Positions 1-9,322 of a stretch of DNA of 64,000 bases are shown one piece after another. The DNA is taken from NCBI GenBank assembly GCA_040390045.1, contig JAZJZC010000005.1, forward strand, positions 3,360 through 67,359, in the 5' to 3' direction. Within the stretch, counting starts at the first letter, position 1; each line of letters opens with the position of its first letter. The DNA comes from Patescibacteria group bacterium. GTDB lineage: Bacteria > Patescibacteriota > Minisyncoccia > Phycocordibacterales > SIBU01. Position numbers and translations under genes: made by a program. The notes under the pieces were generated by a model. That model saw only the letters and a program-made list of their open reading frames with translations. It did no database searches and had not been told where the DNA came from.

Positions 1-420
1 ACTCGTGATACCTCAAAAAATGTAGAACAGGATGTCGTTCGAGTACAACGAGGAACTAATAAAATTGATGTACTTCACGAACTTTTGAATCGCGAGGAAT
101 TCAGCAAAGTTTTGATTTTCGGACGAACCAAGCACGGAGTTGAAAAACTTTCTAAAGAGCTCGAGAAACGAGGATTTAAAGCCGAATCAATTCACGGTAA
201 CAAAAATCATTCGAAGCGTCAGCGCGCGCTTTCTCTTTTCAAGGAAAACCACGCCAAGATTTTGGTAGCGACGGACGTGGCGGCGCGAGGGCTTGATATT
301 GCAGACGTGTCGCATGTTATCAATTTTGATTTGCCAGCTACCTACGAAGATTATGTCCACCGAATTGGACGAACTGGCCGAGCTGACAAGCGCGGTAAAG
401 CACTTACATTTTTGGAGTAA
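1..420 (+). CDS. DEAD-box RNA helicase, C-terminal part (5' end outside the window)
   Basis: Frame open from base 1; motifs IHGNK, LVATDVAARGLDI, YVHRIGRTGRA (helicase motifs V/VI). Confidence 0.95.
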   Translation, partial: TRDTSKNVEQDVVRVQRGTNKIDVLHELLNREEFSKVLIFGRTKHGVEKLSKELEKRGFKAESIHGNKNHSKRQRALSLFKENHAKILVATDVAARGLDIADVSHVINFDLPATYEDYVHRIGRTGRADKRGKALTFLE

Positions 421-426
421 AATAAT

Positions 427-615
427 ATGAAAACCATAACCAAAAAATTAGCCGTCACTAAAAGACGAAATTTCCAACAGCCCGGAAAGTGGGTTGATCG
501 ACCCCGCAAGAGTATTATTCTTTTGTGTTTGTGTGGTAATAAATATATTAAGACTCGTGATAAGCAAATTGTGTGTATCAGATGCATCAATCACGGTGTG
601 CCACCAACAATCTAA
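427..615 (+). CDS. small basic protein with CxC...CxxC (possible Zn ribbon)
   Basis: ATG 6 nt after helicase stop; LCLCGNKY...CIRC; terminator follows. Confidence 0.65.
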   Translation: MKTITKKLAVTKRRNFQQPGKWVDRPRKSIILLCLCGNKYIKTRDKQIVCIRCINHGVPPTI

Positions 616-616
616 A

Positions 617-647
617 AAAAACCACAAGCAATAGCTTGTGGTTTTTT
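617..647 (+). terminator. intrinsic terminator
   Basis: aaaaccacaagc-aata-gcttgtggtttttt. Confidence 0.8.
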
Positions 648-670
648 GTATGCTAGGATTGTGATATAAA

Positions 671-886
671 ATGAAAAATTACGTCGAAAGGGTTTTTAGC
701 AATTGGCCGAAGCTTAAAAAAATAATTGCCATTGCGCTCATTGTTTTAGGGTTTCTGGCTTTAGTTACGCCGCTGACACCGGGTTCTTGGCTTGTGTTTG
801 TTGGACTTGAATTACTCGGTGTAGATTTACTTTTTTGGAAAAAAATTAAGGAGTGGTTTAAGAACGGAAATCGGGGTCATTTTTAG
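671..886 (+). CDS. small membrane protein (PGPGW-like)
   Basis: Hydrophobic hairpin with TPLTPGSWLVFVGLELLG. Confidence 0.7.
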   Translation: MKNYVERVFSNWPKLKKIIAIALIVLGFLALVTPLTPGSWLVFVGLELLGVDLLFWKKIKEWFKNGNRGHF

Positions 887-968
887 TGTCGTGTTGTCTA
901 CATTTGTCGGAACAAAACAAAAAAACTGTCAAGTTGAAAAATGCAGAGCTGGGGATTAGTATTGGGGG

Positions 969-1523
969 ATGAATAATAATACACAACCAGCAAAAGTGGT
1001 GTCGGGAGGACAAGCTGCCCCTAGCAATACGGGCTTGTATATCGTAGCGGTTTTGATTATCGGTTTGATTGTCGGATTTTTTATTGGATCGTACTGGCAG
1101 AGTCATGTGAAGAAAGCGGCTACCGCTGATACGCAGACCGAAACAGAAGATCAGCCAGTTGATCAGGCTGCAGACGAAACTGGTTCGGGTGTTACCACAA
1201 ATACGCCAAGCGATAATATGGTAAGTGTTGCTGATCAAGCGGCAACCACATTGGTGCGTGTTGATTCAGTTTCTCTCACTGAACCAGCATGGGTAGCGGT
1301 ACGAGAAGATAACAGCGGAGCTCTTGGAAAAATTTTGGGAGCTCAACGATTTGATGCTGGAACCTACACAAATGTTGTCATTAGTCTTTTGCGCAGTACA
1401 GAAGTTGGAAAAACCTACCACATTGTGTTGTATCGAGACGATGGCACAAAAGTTTTCAACTATAGCGCCGCTGGATTTATTCCGGGCTTGAGCGAGGAGT
1501 TTACGGTTTTCGCGGCTAAATAG
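969..1523 (+). CDS. membrane-anchored extracellular hypothetical protein
   Basis: One N-terminal TM helix, acidic/Thr linker, beta-rich C-terminal domain. Confidence 0.8.
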   Translation: MNNNTQPAKVVSGGQAAPSNTGLYIVAVLIIGLIVGFFIGSYWQSHVKKAATADTQTETEDQPVDQAADETGSGVTTNTPSDNMVSVADQAATTLVRVDSVSLTEPAWVAVREDNSGALGKILGAQRFDAGTYTNVVISLLRSTEVGKTYHIVLYRDDGTKVFNYSAAGFIPGLSEEFTVFAAK

Positions 1524-1533
1524 TTTTCTCAGA

Positions 1534-1573
1534 AAAATCCCCCGTCCCGATGTACATCGGGACGGGGGATTTT
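1534..1573. terminator. 40-bp perfect palindrome, probable terminator
   Basis: aaaatcccccgtcccgatgt|acatcgggacgggggatttt. Confidence 0.8.
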
Positions 1574-1650
1574 CTCTTACGCGCCTCGCGGTTGCTTTTT
1601 TGCACCAAATGACTAGAATAGCCGGAGATAAAAATTGGAAAGAGACACCT

Positions 1651-2577
1651 ATGATAACGGTTTCAAGTCTGTTTTATGCTCCTATAAAATCCGCAGGAGG
1701 GAGGTGGGTTAACAAGGGTGGTTCAGGGCTATCGGTGGGTCCACGAGGGTTTGATTATGACCGTCGGTGGGTTGTGGTCGGAGAAGGAAACATGTTTGTT
1801 GCTCAAAGACGAGCGAGTCTTCCCGTTCCGCTTCCTGGTGCAGTGGTTGACGCCCTCACGCCTTTGGGACTTGGTATTGAAGTGAGAATTCTGTGTCAGG
1901 TTCAACCCACTCTTTTTTACGATGAGCTTCTGGTGCACGCGCCCAATATGCGCTCATTGCATCTCCCGCTCGCGGGGAAAAAGGGCATGGAAGAAAAGAT
2001 TACGGTGTGGCGTGATCGTGAGCTTCTTGCGATAGATCAAGGTGATGAAGCCGCGAGCTGGTTTAGCGAGTTTCTCTCCCGTGAGCGACCCGGGGAATAT
2101 CGGCTTATGCGGATGACTGATGGATGCCAGAGGCAGAGTAAGGGTGGCACCGCGCTCCAAGGTTTCCATGATGGGTATCCATTCATGATGATTTCCGACG
2201 AGTCGCTCGGCGATCTTAACCGAAGGCTTCACGAAAAACATTTCGCTCCACTGCCAGCAAATCGTTTTCGGCCTGATATTTGGTTGCGTGGATGCCCGCC
2301 GTATTACGAGGATCGCCTGCGGCGTATCCGAATTGGTGACGTGATTTTTGACGGCAAGGCGCTGTGCGATCGTTGTCCTATTACGTGCATTGACCAAGTC
2401 ACCGCTGTCCGAGGCAAGGAGCCTTTAGTCACACTTGCCACATATCGTCGTGGGAGAGATAAAGATGTTAGCGTTTTTGAAAAACCCAATGCCGTATTTT
2501 TCGGTCGATATTTTGACCACCAAAACTCCGGGGTGGTAATGGTTGGCGATGAGGTGGAAATTCTTGAGATGGATTAA
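1651..2577 (+). CDS. MOSC domain protein (YcbX/mARC-like)
   Basis: YAPIKSAGG, YDRRWVVV, FHDGYPF, NRFRP, CDRCPITCIDQ; start moved to ATG 1651. Confidence 0.9.
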   Translation: MITVSSLFYAPIKSAGGRWVNKGGSGLSVGPRGFDYDRRWVVVGEGNMFVAQRRASLPVPLPGAVVDALTPLGLGIEVRILCQVQPTLFYDELLVHAPNMRSLHLPLAGKKGMEEKITVWRDRELLAIDQGDEAASWFSEFLSRERPGEYRLMRMTDGCQRQSKGGTALQGFHDGYPFMMISDESLGDLNRRLHEKHFAPLPANRFRPDIWLRGCPPYYEDRLRRIRIGDVIFDGKALCDRCPITCIDQVTAVRGKEPLVTLATYRRGRDKDVSVFEKPNAVFFGRYFDHQNSGVVMVGDEVEILEMD

Positions 2578-2586
2578 GTTTTGTGT

Positions 2587-2619
2587 AGCCCCGATTCGCT
2601 TTGCGAATCGGGGCTTTTT
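2587..2619 (+). terminator. intrinsic terminator
   Basis: agccccgattcgc-ttt-gcgaatcggggct plus U tract. Confidence 0.8.
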
Positions 2620-2651
2620 CATTTTGGTTCTGAAAATGTTAAAATCACTGC

Positions 2652-3215
2652 ATGGCAGAAACAGGAAAAAAAGAAGTAGCGATTTTCGGTGGCGGTTGTT
2701 TCTGGTGCACCGAGGCAGTGTTTAAAATGCTCCGCGGAGTTAGTTCAGTTTTGCCCGGGTATTCAGGTGGAACCACTAAAAATCCGACCTACGATGAAGT
2801 TAGCACCGGCCGGACAGGACACGCAGAAGTCATTCGACTTGAGTACGATCCAACACTGGTGAAATACCGAGATTTGCTGACAGTTTTTTTTGGCAGTCAC
2901 GATCCGACAACTCGAAACAGGCAGGGGAATGATGTGGGAACTGAATACCGCTCGGTAATTTTTTACACAACGCCAGAGCAGAAAAAAGTGGCAGAAGATT
3001 TTATTAAAGAAATCAACGATTCAAATGAGCATGGTGCGCCCGTTGTCACAGAACTTGAGCCAATCGATGTTTTTTACGAGGCAGAAAATTATCAGCGCGA
3101 TTATTTTGCTAATAATCCCGGGAATCCGTACTGTGAAGTGATTATCAATCCGAAGCTTGAAAAGGTACAGAAAAATTTTGCCAATTTATTAGAAGATCCT
3201 AATCTAAAAAAATAA
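2652..3215 (+). CDS. msrA: peptide-methionine (S)-S-oxide reductase
   Basis: GGGCFWCTE, GYSGG, GHAEV, HDPT..NRQGND.G.EYRS. Confidence 0.97.
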   Translation: MAETGKKEVAIFGGGCFWCTEAVFKMLRGVSSVLPGYSGGTTKNPTYDEVSTGRTGHAEVIRLEYDPTLVKYRDLLTVFFGSHDPTTRNRQGNDVGTEYRSVIFYTTPEQKKVAEDFIKEINDSNEHGAPVVTELEPIDVFYEAENYQRDYFANNPGNPYCEVIINPKLEKVQKNFANLLEDPNLKK

Positions 3216-3216
3216 T

Positions 3217-3627
3217 ATGGATACAAAAACGATGCCCAAAAATGAAGACGAATGGAAGAAAAAATTGACTCCAGAACAGTATAAAGTGTTACGAGAAAGG
3301 GGTACCGAGATGCCCTTTAGTGGAAAACTCCTACATGAAAAAAAAGACGGGATGTATGCCTGTGCCGCCTGCGGCCAAGCTCTGTTTAGTTCAGATGCCA
3401 AATTTGATTCGGGTACTGGCTGGCCGTCATTTGATCAAGCTCTTCCCGGAGCGGTCAAAAATATTCCAGACAACTCACATGGCTCGTCGCGAACGGAAAT
3501 TGTATGCTCTCGGTGTGGGTCACATTTGGGTCATGTGTTTGACGATGGTCCGACCGATACAGGAAAAAGATATTGTTTGAACTCCGTGTGTTTGGATTTG
3601 GAGCTTATGGACCAGAAAAAATCCTAA
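3217..3627 (+). CDS. msrB: peptide-methionine (R)-S-oxide reductase
   Basis: KFDSGTGWPSF, HLGHVFDDGP, RYCLNS; two CxxC. Confidence 0.97.
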   Translation: MDTKTMPKNEDEWKKKLTPEQYKVLRERGTEMPFSGKLLHEKKDGMYACAACGQALFSSDAKFDSGTGWPSFDQALPGAVKNIPDNSHGSSRTEIVCSRCGSHLGHVFDDGPTDTGKRYCLNSVCLDLELMDQKKS

Positions 3628-3694
3628 GTTTGCTTTTGAAGCTGTCAAAAATCGTGTTAGACTTTTCCTAGAAATTTCAAAAAGGAGTCATTTT

Positions 3695-3973
3695 GTGAAA
3701 AGCCATAGGAGGGTCATTGTCGAGGCGTTTTCGTCCGTTTGCGGAGTGGTGCTTGTTGTTTTCAACATAATCTTTGGTGTTGAAAGTCAGGTTAACCCTC
3801 GGGCCGCAATGGTTGGACAGCCAATCCACTTTACGTTCAAGGAATATCTGGAAGGAACGGCACGAGCGAACGGCAATACGTTTGTAAGCCGAGTTCTTGC
3901 AGTTGGCGTATACCCCGGTGTTAGGGTTGGCCAATGTATCAACAATTGGTTTTTTGTAAAACCTCGGAATTAA
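3695..3973 (+). CDS. small orphan membrane protein
   Basis: GTG start with AAGGAG upstream, one TM segment, own promoter-like TAGACT and downstream hairpin. Confidence 0.55.
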   Translation: MKSHRRVIVEAFSSVCGVVLVVFNIIFGVESQVNPRAAMVGQPIHFTFKEYLEGTARANGNTFVSRVLAVGVYPGVRVGQCINNWFFVKPRN

Positions 3974-4036
3974 TTTTGTAAGGCAACCGTATCATCGGTT
4001 GCTTTTTATATTTAAAATCTCACGTATAATTACAAC

Positions 4037-4795
4037 ATGGAGAAAGTTAGAATTCCAAATTCAAAAGGTGTTAATTTGTCAGCAGTTATGCACCGGCCTA
4101 AATTTGAAACAAGCAAACTGGCAATTCTTTGTCCTGGGTATTTAGATACAAAAGATTATGACCACCTTGTTGCTTTGGCCGAAACACTCGTGGGACAAGG
4201 TTATACCGTTGTTCGCTTTGATCCAACGGGAACCTGGGAAAGCGAGGGAGATATTTCAGAATATACAACTACGCAATACTTGAGCGATGTGAAAAGTGTT
4301 TTGGAATATATGTTGCGAAAGGGGAATTACAAACAAATTCTTTTGGGCGGACATAGCCGTGGAGGAATGGTTTCTGTTCTCTATGCTGCGCGTGACCCAA
4401 GAATCTCAATGGTGCTTGGAATTATGCCTTCTTCTCCTTTTTCTTTAGATAAAAAAATAACGGAAGGTTGGGAAAAAACAGGCTTTGCTGAGGCGACGCG
4501 CGATGTGCCAGGGAAAAACGAAACTAAAAAGTTTCAAGTGCCATTTTCTCACGCGAAAGACAGAATGCAGTACAACTCCGTAGAGGATGCCGCAAAAATT
4601 CATGTTCCGGTGATTATTGTCGCAGGTGAACTAGACATGGTTGTTTTACCCGAATATGCAAAAATGATTTTCGATCGGGCTAATGAACCAAAAAAATTTA
4701 TCCTCATTCCGGGCGTTGGACATGACTATCGGCAAAACCCTTCTGAAATTGTACAGGTGAATACTAAAATTATTGAAGCGGTTTCTAGTCTATAA
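4037..4795 (+). CDS. alpha/beta-fold hydrolase
   Basis: GHSRGG nucleophile elbow; GELD and GVGH catalytic Asp/His. Confidence 0.92.
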   Translation: MEKVRIPNSKGVNLSAVMHRPKFETSKLAILCPGYLDTKDYDHLVALAETLVGQGYTVVRFDPTGTWESEGDISEYTTTQYLSDVKSVLEYMLRKGNYKQILLGGHSRGGMVSVLYAARDPRISMVLGIMPSSPFSLDKKITEGWEKTGFAEATRDVPGKNETKKFQVPFSHAKDRMQYNSVEDAAKIHVPVIIVAGELDMVVLPEYAKMIFDRANEPKKFILIPGVGHDYRQNPSEIVQVNTKIIEAVSSL

Positions 4796-4802
4796 TGTAA
4801 GA

Positions 4803-5651
4803 ATGAAAAGGCTTTTCATTCTTGCGTTTTTTATTTTTCCCTCATTATCAGTTTTTGCCGTAACCCCAAGCGTTACTATTTTTCCTGAAACGATTATTCA
4901 AGGTGAGCCGGTGCGAGTTACGATTGAAAATGTTTCGGGTGTGGCGGAAGTGAAAGCTGTTTCATTTGACGGGAAGTCCGTCGGCGTATTTTTGCTTGAG
5001 GGCAAAGTGATGGCTTTTCTTGGAATTGATTTAAATAAAAAACCGGGCGATTATAAATTGTTGGTAACACTTTCAAGTGGAGAACAGCTTGAAAAAACCG
5101 TTTCGATTGGAGCTCGTGAAAAAATTTCTGCGCCACTCGGCATTCCGGAAAAACTTGGTGGCAATACACCCCAGGCGGCGACTAATTTGGTGAGTACATT
5201 AAGTCAGGAAAATGTCGTGCTCAATTCTCTTTGGACTCAACCAAAAGCTCTGTGGACTGGAAAATTTACATTTCCACTTGAAAATCCAATTGTTACGGAT
5301 TCCTATGGTTACACTCGTCAGACAAGTGGATACACCATTACGCACAAAGGCACTGATTTTAGAGCACCAGAAGGAACGAAAATTTTTGCAAGTAATAGAG
5401 GTGTCGTACGTCTCTCGCGAACTTTTCGAAATTATGGCAAAACAGTGGTGATTGATCATGGCCAAGGATTGTTTACGTTTTATATGCATCTTTCAAAAAT
5501 CAAAGTGAGTGAAGGACAACTGGTGTCAGCTGGACAGCTCATCGGTCTTTCAGGGCAGACAGGGTATGCCGAAAAGCCACACTTACACTTCACTGTTCGG
5601 GTTGGCGGTCTTTCAATCGACCCTATGAAATTCATGGCTCTGTTCCAGTAG
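4803..5651 (+). CDS. secreted M23 family metallopeptidase
   Basis: Signal peptide from ATG 4803; HKGTDF, YMHLS, PHLHF. Confidence 0.93.
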   Translation: MKRLFILAFFIFPSLSVFAVTPSVTIFPETIIQGEPVRVTIENVSGVAEVKAVSFDGKSVGVFLLEGKVMAFLGIDLNKKPGDYKLLVTLSSGEQLEKTVSIGAREKISAPLGIPEKLGGNTPQAATNLVSTLSQENVVLNSLWTQPKALWTGKFTFPLENPIVTDSYGYTRQTSGYTITHKGTDFRAPEGTKIFASNRGVVRLSRTFRNYGKTVVIDHGQGLFTFYMHLSKIKVSEGQLVSAGQLIGLSGQTGYAEKPHLHFTVRVGGLSIDPMKFMALFQ

Positions 5652-5780
5652 GTTTCGGGGCGTTTTCGCACTGAAACTTATCCCCCTTTTTCTTTGTGAC
5701 AGAGCGAAAAAAACATTGTAAAATATCGTTACGTATTAATAACTAGGTCGCGTAATAAATGAGCGAAAGCTCTAAATAAA

Positions 5781-6017
5781 ATGAAGAAGTTGCACATGGT
5801 GACGTTTATCCTTCTCGTTGTTGGAGGATTAAACTGGGGTTTGGTTGCAGTTGGTTATAATTTGGTAGATAGTATTTTTGGAATGGGATCAACGGTCGCT
5901 ATGATTATTTACGGATTGGTTGGTTTGTCAGCAGTGTACGAAATTATTTCACACAAGAAAAATTGTATGTGCTGTGAAAAGATGATGGGGGGTTCAAGCA
6001 CTCCGTCAGCGATGTAA
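5781..6017 (+). CDS. DUF378 small membrane protein
   Basis: LLVVGGLNWGLV...IYGLVGLSAV. Confidence 0.9.
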   Translation: MKKLHMVTFILLVVGGLNWGLVAVGYNLVDSIFGMGSTVAMIIYGLVGLSAVYEIISHKKNCMCCEKMMGGSSTPSAM

Positions 6018-6041
6018 GTTAGAACTTGAGAATTTTGTGTT

Positions 6042-6080
6042 GAAAAAGCCCCGCCGCGCCTTGCGCGGCGGGGCTTTTTC
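6042..6080. terminator. intrinsic (bidirectional-type) terminator
   Basis: gaaaaagccccgccgcgc-ctt-gcgcggcggggctttttc. Confidence 0.8.
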
Positions 6081-6111
6081 CTTTGTTTTACCCTATGCTA
6101 CAATTTATTCC

Positions 6112-6555
6112 ATGAAAGAAAAAATAACCTGCGCCTTTTGTGAAATTCCGGCAATTGCCGAACGGACTGTTATCAAAAACAAGTTGGCTTGGGCATTTCT
6201 AACCAACATCCCGATTACGCCTGGACATGTTTTAATTTCTCCAATTCGTTGTGTTGCAACACTCGACGAGATGACCGACAAAGAAATTGCTGCTATTTTT
6301 GATTTAAGAAAAAAGTTGCTACCCGTGTTAAAAAAATTATTTGGTGCAGAAGGTTTTCATTTCGCCTGGAACGAAGGAAAAGTCGCTAGCCAGTCAGTGC
6401 CACATTTTCATCTTCATGTTGTGTCGAGAAAAAAAGGAGACGAAGGAATTACCGAATTTGAACCACGTAAATTTTTATATCGTCCCGGGAGCCGACAAGA
6501 CAGCCCAGAAAAAGAATTACAAGAAGTGGCTACCATGATTCGCAAAGCCTTTTAG
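6112..6555 (+). CDS. HIT family nucleotide hydrolase
   Basis: CAFC, PITPGHVL, QSVPHFHLHV; start at ATG 6112. Confidence 0.93.
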   Translation: MKEKITCAFCEIPAIAERTVIKNKLAWAFLTNIPITPGHVLISPIRCVATLDEMTDKEIAAIFDLRKKLLPVLKKLFGAEGFHFAWNEGKVASQSVPHFHLHVVSRKKGDEGITEFEPRKFLYRPGSRQDSPEKELQEVATMIRKAF

Positions 6556-6558
6556 TCC

Positions 6559-6849
6559 ATGACAGAGAAACAAATTATTTTAAAAAATTTCCAAATAATT
6601 CCCGGAGTGGGGAAGTCGATTGCGGAGGACTTATGGAATTTAGGTTTGCGAAAAGTTTCGGATCTTAAAGGAAAGGATCCCCAGAAACTCTACGACAAGC
6701 TTTGTAAAATAGAGAATGCTCACGTTGATCGCTGTATGCTCTACGTTTTTCGTTGCGCGGTCTATTTCGCTTCAAACACCCGGCATGATCCCGAAGCACT
6801 CAAGTGGTGGAGATGGAAAGATGATATAAAAAAACCGTCCACTTTGTAG
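6559..6849 (+). CDS. helix-hairpin-helix protein (Cdd1/TfoX-C-like)
   Basis: IPGVGKSIAEDL, DPQKLYDKLC, DRCMLYVFRCAV, WWRW. Confidence 0.85.
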   Translation: MTEKQIILKNFQIIPGVGKSIAEDLWNLGLRKVSDLKGKDPQKLYDKLCKIENAHVDRCMLYVFRCAVYFASNTRHDPEALKWWRWKDDIKKPSTL

Positions 6850-6877
6850 TAAGGGACGGTTGGGTACGTTTCTTCAG

Positions 6878-8059
6878 CTAAGCCGCAAGAAGGAGGTTTG
6901 GATCAAGCGCGGCTGGTTCAGTCGGTCGCCACGAGATTTTCTTTCCTCCGAAGAATGTCAGGACGCCACCATAACTTTCCGGCATTTCCCATTCCCATCT
7001 CTCAAGTTCAAACGTTTGTTCGAGGTCAACTTTGATCCCGAAAGCGCGCGCGCCGTTTTCGACGGTGAAGGCGGCAAATGCTGGCGAGTCGAGCTGGCCA
7101 TATTGGTCGAACAGGTCGACTATCACTGGTCCGAGTGTTGGCGCAACGTGAGCTCCCGGACAGCCGCAAATACAAAGCTTGTCAAAATGCGGAGCCGAAT
7201 CGGGTCCAAAGTGGAATTTCTGGTACGCCGGTTTGTGCGCATTAAACATGACGAAGCGCACTGCCCGCATGTCAGGTGACTTCTGTGCCGGAGGCCTGAA
7301 ATGGCTTCTCGGATCAAGTCCCGTTTGTCCACGCCACTTGCCCTCGAGCAGATCATTTCGGGTGGCAAGGGCGTGTTGAATGGTGAGTCCTCCGGTGACG
7401 TTGGCCGGCATCTCACCAACCATGTCGATGGTTCGTTCGAGCGAAATGTGCTCAACGTTGAATCGTCCGCCTGGGAAGTCCGTTGTCGCCATCGGTTTGA
7501 AACGATTGCGCATGAAATAACTTTCCCGATGGTACGTGTCGATGTGATCACCCGGCTCTTCACCGTGAATGCACACAATGAAGCCGATCTCGAGCGCCCA
7601 GCCGACAGGTTGATACATGTCATTCTTGAATGAAGTCCACCCGTCTTTTGAATGGGTAACTCCGGCAGGGTAGATTTTCGCCGTTCTGACTCCGATGTCC
7701 CACGCGGCTTGCAACTCGACCCGTGTTGTTTTCGGCATGAGCTTAATGCTGACACTGAACCGGATGCTATTTTTGTTCTCTACTACCGGGATGAATCGGT
7801 CGAGTCCAGTGTGATACCGAACGACATCAGCGGCCGTGAGAATCGGCCCGGGTACCTGCGTGTTTGGTTGCAGTATGTCGTGTTGCGCCCACCAGCTCGT
7901 AGTAATGACAGCGGTCTTCATGCGCGGGATTGGTTTCTCTTCCAAAACTTTTCCCTCGGGAACATCTCGCGCGTGCCCGTGTGTTAACACGAACTTAGTG
8001 AATTTCCGACTAGCGCCGAGTGGCGTGGTGGAAGATTGCAGTGGCGGTAGCTTTTTCAT
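6878..8059 (-). CDS. pyrC: divergent dihydroorotase (E. coli-type homodimeric)
   Basis: HGHARD, KIYPAGVT, IHGE, EHIS, GPDSAPH..K...GCPG. Confidence 0.85.
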   Translation of the reverse strand: MKKLPPLQSSTTPLGASRKFTKFVLTHGHARDVPEGKVLEEKPIPRMKTAVITTSWWAQHDILQPNTQVPGPILTAADVVRYHTGLDRFIPVVENKNSIRFSVSIKLMPKTTRVELQAAWDIGVRTAKIYPAGVTHSKDGWTSFKNDMYQPVGWALEIGFIVCIHGEEPGDHIDTYHRESYFMRNRFKPMATTDFPGGRFNVEHISLERTIDMVGEMPANVTGGLTIQHALATRNDLLEGKWRGQTGLDPRSHFRPPAQKSPDMRAVRFVMFNAHKPAYQKFHFGPDSAPHFDKLCICGCPGAHVAPTLGPVIVDLFDQYGQLDSPAFAAFTVENGARAFGIKVDLEQTFELERWEWEMPESYGGVLTFFGGKKISWRPTEPAALDPNLLLAA

Positions 8060-8147
8060 GATATTGATTTTTCTAACGTGTTCAAATTTTTCTAGTCTGC
8101 GCATATCCTATTCCACGCAAAAGAAAAAGCAAGTCGGAAAGACTTGC

Positions 8148-9161
8148 TTAGAGACGGTTATAAAAGTGTGCCGCTTTGTACGAAGCGCGGATCATTTTTC
8201 GCACTTGAGTTGGTGCCAGAAAGGCGATTGATCCAGGGGACGTGGCCTCGGCGCCTGCCTCAATGACTTTCCACGCATCTTCTCCTGAAAGCAAACCACC
8301 ACCAGCTATGATTGGCTTAGTGATTCCGAGAGACGTCACCGCTCTTACCCACTCGAAAAGAAAGGGTTTGAGAGGCGCTCCTGAAAGGCCGCCAGCAAAA
8401 CTTGGGAAACGTTTGGCCATCGGTGAATCTGCAGGATTGGAAGTTCCAAAAAATTTCTCCCAATTAACCGGCGGCGTTTCCTTTGCCCATGTTGGTTGTT
8501 TCCCAAACGGCAAGGTGTTAAAGACGCAGATGGCATCGCAACGCGGATGTTTGGCGATGCGAAGCATGGAACTCGGGTGAACTTCCGGGCCGAATTTTAC
8601 AGCAACAGGAATGCGTGCCGGTAGGATGTTCTGGGCATCATCAAGAATCGGCAGTACCTCATCGATCAGGTCATTGGGGTCAAGTCCACCATTTGGACAG
8701 GACAGGTTGATTTGAATTGCCCAGTCAACCCAACGTAGATGTTCTCTGGTGTGAGCGAGCTGGGTGAAAATTTCTCTCAACTCAGCTCGCCGCGTCGCTG
8801 GCGTTTTCTCAAGGGACATAACCGATATCATGAACGGCTCAGCCATTGTGTTCCACCCGGCATGTTGTAGAAGAAACTCAAGTCCCGGACCACTGAGACC
8901 AACAGCGTTGAGAGCCAGTTGATGTTTGTGGCTAACTATAATGCACCTTGGCATCAATTCCTTCGGTGTCATTCTATCTTTCGCGAGCGGCATGTTGCCG
9001 GCGCGAGGAAGTAAGGTTGTGGTTTTTGTCACCGGTGTTGAGTAACGGAAACTACAACCAAATGGCCATAGCAGGTGATGGTACCAATACCCTCCGCAAT
9101 CGAAGTTTGTGGCACCTGCAGCTTGGCACACGGGCATGAATTTTATTCCGCGAAGAGTCAT
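8148..9161 (-). CDS. pyrD: divergent family 1 dihydroorotate dehydrogenase
   Basis: R.GN, NAVGLSGPG, NLSCPN catalytic Cys, FNT, GGLSG.PLKP, IIAGGG. Confidence 0.85.
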   Translation of the reverse strand: MTLRGIKFMPVCQAAGATNFDCGGYWYHHLLWPFGCSFRYSTPVTKTTTLLPRAGNMPLAKDRMTPKELMPRCIIVSHKHQLALNAVGLSGPGLEFLLQHAGWNTMAEPFMISVMSLEKTPATRRAELREIFTQLAHTREHLRWVDWAIQINLSCPNGGLDPNDLIDEVLPILDDAQNILPARIPVAVKFGPEVHPSSMLRIAKHPRCDAICVFNTLPFGKQPTWAKETPPVNWEKFFGTSNPADSPMAKRFPSFAGGLSGAPLKPFLFEWVRAVTSLGITKPIIAGGGLLSGEDAWKVIEAGAEATSPGSIAFLAPTQVRKMIRASYKAAHFYNRL

Positions 9162-9322
9162 AGAAGAATCGTAATGTTAAGGTTCCAATTTTCACTGGGT
9201 TAGTTTTAGCACGGGGTTGTCACGCAGGTCAATTTTAGATTTAGAACTTTCGAAGCTTGCAAATTTTTTGGCTGGGTATACCATTTGAATTGTAATTAAA
9301 AATTATTAACTAATCAAAAAAT

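Noticed and set aside
6860-8231. Several long overlapping ORFs antisense or out of frame to pyrC
   Set aside because: Shadows of a GC-richer gene; no motifs or independent start signals.
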